Below are positions 57,886 to 64,000 of a stretch of 64,000 nt of DNA, piece by piece. The notes under the pieces were generated by a model that was not told where the DNA came from, did no database searches, and was given only the letters and a program-made list of their open reading frames with translations. The position numbers and the translations under genes are program-made. Source of the DNA: Candidatus Latescibacterota bacterium (GTDB lineage: Bacteria > Latescibacterota > UBA2968 > UBA8231); assembly GCA_965248265.1 (NCBI GenBank), contig CBDFJF010000001.1:2112001-2176000 (forward strand), read 5' to 3'. Position 1 is the first letter of the stretch; every line of letters begins with the position of its first letter.

Positions 57886-60230
57886 GGATTTCCTCCCTTG
57901 GTTGTATGGTGTTTCCAGGGTGAGTGGTCGGCCTGGATCGAAACGAAGAAGGAGCGTCCCGGCAGAGGGAACCCCCACAGATCGGCTGTTTGGTTGTCGG
58001 TCAGGTTCCTGATTTCGAGCGACAGCAGCGTCCCCGCCGTCAATTCGACCCGAGCACCAACCCCATGCAGGGTTCGCTCCGGAATAGACCGCAGGTTGGC
58101 GCGGTCGAGGTAGTGCTTACTGTCACGGCTGACTTCGTAGTGGGATACCAAGCCTCGTTTTGTTGTTGCTGTGACGCGGGCGTTCAGTGCGTGTCGCGGA
58201 GCGTTCGGTAGATCATTTCCATTCTCATAGAAAAGGGGGGATCGATTCTCAGGACGCTGGTACACGTAGTTGCCGTTGACGTCGAGGGAGCGATGCAGCC
58301 GTACCCGGGCTCGCGTCTCGAGGCCAAGAACCCTGGCACTGCCGAAGTTGTGCGGCTGTGATACGAACTGGGAGTTTTGCACGAAGCGAATCATGTTGTC
58401 GACCCGATTCTGATACCACACGGCCTCGGCAAAGACGATTCCCGTGGACACGGCACGCCCGGCTTCGTAGATGAGTCCACTGTCCCAGTTCCAGCCCTCT
58501 TCGCTGGCAAGATCACCGTTGCCGATGACACCACCGCGGTCCCCGAACAACTCGAAGAAGCTGGGGGGACGCTGGTACAAACCGGCATGGACGCGCAGGC
58601 TGAGCCGTCGACTCAATTGCCAACGCCCGCCGGCGTGATAGCCCCACAGCCTCATGCTGTCGTCATTGCGCCCGTCGCTGGTCAGATCCTCGTCGGTGGT
58701 CGTCAGGCGATTGGAAAGCAACTCGGCGTGGGTGCCCGCATTCAACAGCACTCGATCAGCATGGAGGGGAATCTCCACTTCGGTTGCCAGCGACGCGGCA
58801 TGGCGGCGACTGTCCTCGAAAGGGTCATCCGTTCCCAGCAGATCATCGGTCGCGAAGGTCTCGCGGCGCAGGCCACTGAAACCGGTGAGCAGCGCCTTCA
58901 TGGGGAGTACTGTGTGCCCTTCGACCTTGAGGCCGAAGGAACGCGTCGTGTTGCGATCATGAGCCGCGCCCACGCCGACTTCGCCTTGCGGATCTTGGTA
59001 CTCCCCCACTTCGACCGCGTGATAGCCCGTCACGCGATAGGCGGAGTTGCCCTCCTGTGCGGTCCCGGAAAACTCCGCCTCGGTGAGGTTTCTCCAGGTG
59101 TCATAGCGCGTGCGCTTCGACTGGTAGTTGCCGATTCCGGGGATACCGTGGTGGCTGACGTCGATGATGTTGTGCAATCTGACCCTGCGTAAACCAATTG
59201 GTCGCGACACCTTTGTCAGCCCCCGGAACGACAGGAAATCACTGTTCTCCCGGCGCACCCACTCGTCGTCGGTGAGGTTGTACTCGGTGCCGTTGTCGTC
59301 CAGGAAACGGAAGTCATTCTCAGCGGCACGGTAGTCGACGAGGCCACTGAACTTCCAGAGTCCACTGGCGCCACTGACACTGCCCCCGGCAATTCGGGTC
59401 GCGAACGAGCCGCCGTTGGCGTAGAATCGAACCTGCTTCCCCTCGGGAGCCGCCGTGCGCATGTGGACGACCCCGCCGATGCTGTTGCCGCCAAAGCGGA
59501 TAGGGACCGCGCCGCGGTAAACCTCTATCTCCTCTACCCCGGCAAGCGGCAGATAGCCGATGTCGACACCACCCCCGGATGCCTGATTCAGCGGCACCCC
59601 GTCCAGGTACACCAGCACCTGTTCCGAGGTCGAGCCCCGAATCGACACGCTTGCAGAGCTGCCCAGACCACCGTAGCGCCTTACCTGCAGACCGAGAGCA
59701 CGGTCGAGGACGCCGGGCAGGTCCGCCCCCGAGCTCTCACTATCGGCCACCTTGATGACCTCGACAAAGCCGGCTTCGCGCCCTTCCTCGTAGCTTGACC
59801 GGCGCATCCGCACCACCATTTCATCCAGCAGCAGCGGCTGTGGTTCCAGGCGCAGGACGACAAGCTCGGTCATCCCCTTGCTATCAACGGTTATCTGTTG
59901 ATCGATTTGACGATAGCCGATGCAATGTGCCTGCAGGCGCCACTGCCCGGCGCTCAGGTCGAGATTGAAAGCTCCGGCGCTATCGGATTGAGTTTGGGTC
60001 GGGGATGGTTCGGAAGTACTGGAAAGGTCGATTCCTCGTGCCTGGATCACGGCGCCGGTGATGGGCGCGCCTGTGTCGCTGTCCAGGATGCGTCCGTGAA
60101 GAATCGATTGTGCTTCGATTACCGCGGCTGCTCCCAGTACCACAAGGGCAGCGGGCCATAGGGGGCGGGAAACGAAAAACCCCAGCCTCGAAAGAGGCCG
60201 GGGAAAACATTCCCGGAAACGGTTCATCAC
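57882..60230 (-). CDS. btuB: TonB-dependent cobalamin receptor, BtuB-like
   Basis: Plug GGLGSSASVSIRGSTSEQVLVYLDGVPLN, C-terminal GFPLPGRSFF; lies downstream of the cobalamin riboswitch. Confidence 0.82.
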   Translation of the reverse strand: MMNRFRECFPRPLSRLGFFVSRPLWPAALVVLGAAAVIEAQSILHGRILDSDTGAPITGAVIQARGIDLSSTSEPSPTQTQSDSAGAFNLDLSAGQWRLQAHCIGYRQIDQQITVDSKGMTELVVLRLEPQPLLLDEMVVRMRRSSYEEGREAGFVEVIKVADSESSGADLPGVLDRALGLQVRRYGGLGSSASVSIRGSTSEQVLVYLDGVPLNQASGGGVDIGYLPLAGVEEIEVYRGAVPIRFGGNSIGGVVHMRTAAPEGKQVRFYANGGSFATRIAGGSVSGASGLWKFSGLVDYRAAENDFRFLDDNGTEYNLTDDEWVRRENSDFLSFRGLTKVSRPIGLRRVRLHNIIDVSHHGIPGIGNYQSKRTRYDTWRNLTEAEFSGTAQEGNSAYRVTGYHAVEVGEYQDPQGEVGVGAAHDRNTTRSFGLKVEGHTVLPMKALLTGFSGLRRETFATDDLLGTDDPFEDSRRHAASLATEVEIPLHADRVLLNAGTHAELLSNRLTTTDEDLTSDGRNDDSMRLWGYHAGGRWQLSRRLSLRVHAGLYQRPPSFFELFGDRGGVIGNGDLASEEGWNWDSGLIYEAGRAVSTGIVFAEAVWYQNRVDNMIRFVQNSQFVSQPHNFGSARVLGLETRARVRLHRSLDVNGNYVYQRPENRSPLFYENGNDLPNAPRHALNARVTATTKRGLVSHYEVSRDSKHYLDRANLRSIPERTLHGVGARVELTAGTLLSLEIRNLTDNQTADLWGFPLPGRSFFVSIQADHSPWKHHTTKGGNP

Positions 60231-60259
60231 CTTTCCTCCGAAGGTTCTGGATCCATCTC

Positions 60260-60512
60260 CGGCTCAGGCAGGTCTCCTGGCTTCCGGCTTTCACTCTGGC
60301 TCACCCTTCCCAATCCTTGCGGATCAGTGGGAGGAACTGGGCGTTACCCAGCTCTCAGAGCCAAAGAGATCGAACGTCACCTGTCAGGCGACGTTCAGCC
60401 GGTTACAGTGGCGGGACCGCGGCAGATTTTCACTGCCTTCCCTATTCTTCACAAGACTTGCTTTGCAGTGCGTCGCGCTGTGAAGCAAGTCTTCTGACAC
60501 CTGAACCGTATT
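60260..60512 (-). ncRNA. Cobalamin (AdoCbl, class I) riboswitch
   Basis: Minus strand AGGTG...AATAGGGAA.GCAGTGAAAATCTGC.GCGGTCCCGCCACTGTAA...CCACTG...TGGGAAGG...AGCCAGGAGACCTGCC. Boundaries approximate. Confidence 0.93.
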
Positions 60513-60575
60513 GTGTATTACTGCTGCTCCCCAATAAGGACACTGGAACGCCGGCCGTCAAGTGCCTCGGGTAAA

Positions 60576-61853
60576 TCAGACGGAATCCAGTGCCTGTTCG
60601 AGATCGGTGACCAGATCCTCCGGGTTTTCGACCCCCACGGACAACCTGATCATCCGTTCCGAAATCCCCATCCCGTCCCTCTCCTGAGGATCCACGTCGG
60701 CATGGGTCATGGTGGCAGGGTGCTCGGCCAGCGACTCCGTCCCACCAAGGCTGACTGCCAGCTTGATCAGCTGGAGCGCATTCAGAAAGCGAAAAGCCTC
60801 GGCTTCTCCACCGACGACGTCGAACGAGATCACCGCTCCCGGTGCCAGGCATTGCCGGCGATAGATCTCGTGCTGCGGATCATCCTCCGTGAGGTGTCCC
60901 AGGTAGTAGACGCGCTCGATCTTCGGATGGTCCGCCAACCAGTCCGCGACATAGCGGCTGTTCTTCATCTGGCAGGTCATCCGCAACTTGAGCGTCTCCA
61001 GACTCCGCAGCAACAACCATCCCGTCCAGGGTCCAGCCATGGTACCCAGAAACCCGCGCAGAGCCCGCACCTTGTCCATGAGATCTTGAGATCCGAGGCA
61101 GACACCGGCAATCACATCACTATGGCCCCCGATGTACTTCGTCGCCGAATAGAGAACCAGGTCGGCGCCGTGTTTGAGCGGGTGTTGCCACAGGGGACCC
61201 AGGAAGGTGTTGTCGACGGCCAGGGTCACCTTGCGCTCCGGCGTCGAATACCGGCGGGCAACCTCCGAACACTGCTCAATGTCCGCCAACTCATTGGTCG
61301 GGTTGGCCGGTGTCTCGACATAGATCATGGCCAGGTTGTCCGCCATCCCGGCCTCCGCCAACTTGGCTTCGATTTGATCGACCCCAGAGCCAGCTTTGAA
61401 GCCCAGTGGCCGGATGCCGAACTCGGTCAGGATGTGTTTTATCAGATAATCCGTGCCACCGTACAACGGCTCGCTATGCAGGAGCACGTCGCCTGGCCTG
61501 AGCAATTGCAGCAGCATGGTGCTGATCGCTGCCATGCCGCTCTGGAACACGGCCGCACTCTCGGCTTCGTCCCAAAGCGCGAGTCGGTCCTCCAGGATCT
61601 CGAGATCGGGGTTGTTGAAGCGAGAGTAGATGAGCCCGATCGCCTCCATCGGCCCCTGCTCTCTCTTGCCGTAAGCGACCTCGAAGAAGGCCTTGCCCTC
61701 CTCGGCGCTGTTGAACACGAAGGTCGACGTCTGGAAGATGGGACTCTTGAGAGCGCCCTCGGACAGTTCGGGTTGGTACCCGTAACTCATCATCAGGCTC
61801 TCCGGTCGCAACGCTTTCCCGCCTATGGTGGCCTCCGGTTTGCGTTCAGGCAT
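60576..61853 (-). CDS. Methionine gamma-lyase / cystathionine gamma-synthase family PLP enzyme
   Basis: PIFQTSTF, YSRFNNP, SGMAA, ETPANP, DNTF, SATKYIGGHSD, VSLGGTESL. Confidence 0.92.
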   Translation of the reverse strand: MPERKPEATIGGKALRPESLMMSYGYQPELSEGALKSPIFQTSTFVFNSAEEGKAFFEVAYGKREQGPMEAIGLIYSRFNNPDLEILEDRLALWDEAESAAVFQSGMAAISTMLLQLLRPGDVLLHSEPLYGGTDYLIKHILTEFGIRPLGFKAGSGVDQIEAKLAEAGMADNLAMIYVETPANPTNELADIEQCSEVARRYSTPERKVTLAVDNTFLGPLWQHPLKHGADLVLYSATKYIGGHSDVIAGVCLGSQDLMDKVRALRGFLGTMAGPWTGWLLLRSLETLKLRMTCQMKNSRYVADWLADHPKIERVYYLGHLTEDDPQHEIYRRQCLAPGAVISFDVVGGEAEAFRFLNALQLIKLAVSLGGTESLAEHPATMTHADVDPQERDGMGISERMIRLSVGVENPEDLVTDLEQALDSV

Positions 61854-61883
61854 CAGTGTGCCTCCTTGGCGATTAGCGACTGC

Positions 61884-61920
61884 AAAAAAAAACCTGGCTC
61901 CGCATTAAACCGGTTCCAGG
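61884..61920 (-). terminator. Probable intrinsic terminator between spoVR and the PLP enzyme gene
   Basis: CCTGG-AA-CCG-loop-CGG-AG-CCAGG followed by 9 T; the stem is imperfect. Confidence 0.6.
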
Positions 61921-61953
61921 CATCGTGTGGGATCGAAATTGTCCGCTACACTG

Positions 61954-63522
61954 TTACTTCATCGACCCAAACGCTGCCACCGGTTTACCCGCGGCACCGA
62001 ATGCAAGCTCTCCCTGGGCCACACCAAAGGCCACTTCGCTGTCGCCGTCGCACTCTTGCTCCATCGTCACGGGGAATCCCCATAGCGTCTCCACGTGGCG
62101 CATGACCGCGGTGGCCTCCTCTTCGTGGAGGTAGCGTCGGTTGGTGACGTGCTGGCGCAAGGTTAAGTTGCGATCGCCATGCCAGTCGACGGCTGATATC
62201 TCAATGTTCGGTACCTGGTTGCTGATATCGTGTTGGGCCGACAGGATCTTGCGTACATGGCGAAAGCCGGCATCGTCGTGAATAGCCGTCACCTCCAGCT
62301 CCTTTTGCTCGTCATCGTCAAGCAGCGAAAAGAGTCGGAAATGCCGCATCAGATTCGGCGACAGAAACTGCAGGATGGCGCTTTCGTCCTTGAAGGATTC
62401 GGCGGCGAACTTGATCGTCTGAAGCCAGGGGGCCCCGGCGATATCAGGAAACCATTGTCGATCCTCGTCCGTAGGGTTGTCGCACATGCGCTTGATGTCC
62501 GTGAACATGTGCATCCCCAGCGCGTACGGATTGATCTCCGCGAAATCGGGTTGCCGGGTCACGTCGGTGTGGGAATGCAGAAACTCCTGCATCGAACCCG
62601 GCGTGATCAAGCCCTTCTCGAGCAGGCGGTTCATGATGTAGTAGTGGGTGAAACAGGCGAAGCCCTCGTTCAGAACTTTTGTTTGCCGCTGGGGGTAGAA
62701 GTACTGCCCGATCTTGCGGACGATGCGGACAACTTCCCGTTTCCACTCGGGCAGATTCGGTGAGTATTTCTCGATGAAGTAGAGGATGTTTTCCTGTCCT
62801 TCGCAGAGGCACGGAATCACGCCTTCGCTGGCCTGCCCGGCCTCCTCTGTCTTCCCGGTAGCGTCCTGCGGCAGGGTGCTCCACAGAACATTCACATCAC
62901 GCTCCCGTTGAGCGCTGCGTTCCCGCTGGCGCTGCTCCTCTTCTTCGATGGACAACTCCTTGGGATGGTTGTAGCGATCGACACCATGCAACTGCAGCGC
63001 ATGGCAGGCATCCAGCACTTGTTCCACCTCCGTGACACCATAGCGCTCCTCGCACTCCGTGATGTACTTCCTGGCGAAGGCGAGATAGTCGAGGATGGCA
63101 TCGGCCTGGGTCCATTGTTTGAACAGGTAGTTGCTCTTCATGAAAGCGTTGTGCCCGAACGCCGCGTGGGCAATCACCAGCGCCTGCAGCGTCATCGAGT
63201 TCTCTTCCATGAGGTAGGCCAGGCAGGGATCCGAGTTGATGACGATCTCGTAGGCGAGCCCCATCAAGCCGCGGCGATAGCTCTCATTCACAGCGATGAA
63301 CCTTTTGCCGAACGACCAGTGATGGTAGTTGATCGGCATCCCGGCTGAAGTATATGAGTCCATCATCTGCTCGCTCGAGATGATCTCCAGCCTGAAGGGG
63401 TAGTAATCCAACTCGAGCTCTTCTTCGGCGATGCGCTCCATCGCGTCGGTAATCTGCTCGACCTTTTCGAAGGTCCATTCCGGCCCGGTGAAAATCGGTG
63501 CCTGTGCCAGGGTCTCAGCCAT
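61954..63522 (-). CDS. SpoVR family protein (YcgB)
   Basis: GMPINYHHWSFGK, GLAYEIVINSDP, HAAFGHNAF, YFYPQRQTKVLNEG. Confidence 0.93.
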   Translation of the reverse strand: MAETLAQAPIFTGPEWTFEKVEQITDAMERIAEEELELDYYPFRLEIISSEQMMDSYTSAGMPINYHHWSFGKRFIAVNESYRRGLMGLAYEIVINSDPCLAYLMEENSMTLQALVIAHAAFGHNAFMKSNYLFKQWTQADAILDYLAFARKYITECEERYGVTEVEQVLDACHALQLHGVDRYNHPKELSIEEEEQRQRERSAQRERDVNVLWSTLPQDATGKTEEAGQASEGVIPCLCEGQENILYFIEKYSPNLPEWKREVVRIVRKIGQYFYPQRQTKVLNEGFACFTHYYIMNRLLEKGLITPGSMQEFLHSHTDVTRQPDFAEINPYALGMHMFTDIKRMCDNPTDEDRQWFPDIAGAPWLQTIKFAAESFKDESAILQFLSPNLMRHFRLFSLLDDDEQKELEVTAIHDDAGFRHVRKILSAQHDISNQVPNIEISAVDWHGDRNLTLRQHVTNRRYLHEEEATAVMRHVETLWGFPVTMEQECDGDSEVAFGVAQGELAFGAAGKPVAAFGSMK

Positions 63523-64000
63523 GAGACGGTACTCCTTCCTTTTCGAACAGACCACGAAAGACCGGAAAGATGTCCTTGACCTCAGCGATCCTCGCCATGG
63601 CCAGGATGGGGTGCTGGTTACGGATGTCTTCATAAACACCCCACAACGGGCTGCTGTCGCGTTTGCCGATCTCCACGTAGCCGTAGTACTGCACCAGCGG
63701 CAGGATGTGTTCGACCATGGCTTGTTGAGCCACCGGCAGATCCTGCTGGAAGTTGTCCCCATCCGAGGCCTGGCAACCGTAGATGTTCCAGTGCGTCGGC
63801 GAATAGCGCTCAGCTATCACCTGCTGCATCAGTGCCAGTGCCGTCGATACGACGGTCCCTCCTGATTCGCGCGAACTGAAGAACTCTTCTTCATCGACTT
63901 CCTTGGCCGTGTGATGGTGGCGGATGAAAACGATTTCAACCTTCTCGTAGCTACGCACCAGGAACAGGTAGAGCAGCATGAAGAAACGCTTGGCCACTTC
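63515..64000 (-). CDS. YeaH/YhbH (DUF444) family protein, C-terminal part
   Basis: FIRHHHTAKEVDEEEFF..RESGGTVVS, WNIYGCQASDGDN; truncated by the window end. Confidence 0.9.
   Translation of the reverse strand, partial: EVAKRFFMLLYLFLVRSYEKVEIVFIRHHHTAKEVDEEEFFSSRESGGTVVSTALALMQQVIAERYSPTHWNIYGCQASDGDNFQQDLPVAQQAMVEHILPLVQYYGYVEIGKRDSSPLWGVYEDIRNQHPILAMARIAEVKDIFPVFRGLFEKEGVPSHG

Noticed and set aside
61860-62040. SAM riboswitch, SRP RNA or 6S RNA upstream of the lyase gene
   Set aside because: Diagnostic motifs were not found; recorded instead as a possible attenuator.
60513-62105. 530-aa plus-strand ORF (and similar long antisense ORFs such as 29522-30697 and 47351-48349)
   Set aside because: Antisense shadows of well-supported genes in GC-rich DNA; no protein motifs.
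1-64000. Mobile elements, prophage, tRNA/rRNA, known defence systems
   Set aside because: No transposase, integrase, phage structural gene, cloverleaf or defence motif was recognised.

Overview
GC-rich bacterial chromosomal window from a diderm organism (TonB receptors, lipoproteins, sulfatases, many Gfo/Idh/MocA and AKR enzymes; lineage cannot be fixed from sequence alone). No rRNA, tRNA, CRISPR array or intact transposase was seen. The most notable part is 1-5564, an unusual phage-shock-protein (PspA/bacterial ESCRT-III) locus. It has two pspA paralogues, a membrane-anchored winged-helix protein, two small ORFs missing from the ORF track, three proteins sharing one coiled-coil motif, a soluble TPR histidine kinase, and a PspF-like sigma54 activator that has gained a receiver domain and lost the PspA-sensing Trp. 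Three tandem 50-bp palindrome-bearing repeats sit in front of a correctly spaced sigma54 promoter. Further along are an SDR/TIM-barrel/two-sulfatase cluster; a 14-blade propeller hybrid kinase-TonB receptor-beta-propeller phytase operon; nagB-nagA; a TonB receptor-periplasmic binding protein-HisKA_2 kinase operon; an ankyrin-repeat protein; FapA/DUF342, REC-GAF, tandem cNMP-REC and HDOD signalling genes; ettA; panF/yhdT-like and MMPL transporters; a cobalamin-riboswitch-controlled btuB-like receptor followed by an apparently circularly permuted propeller lipoprotein; and yeaH-spoVR followed by a possible attenuator and a methionine gamma-lyase-family gene. All family calls come from motifs recognised by eye; no searches were run.
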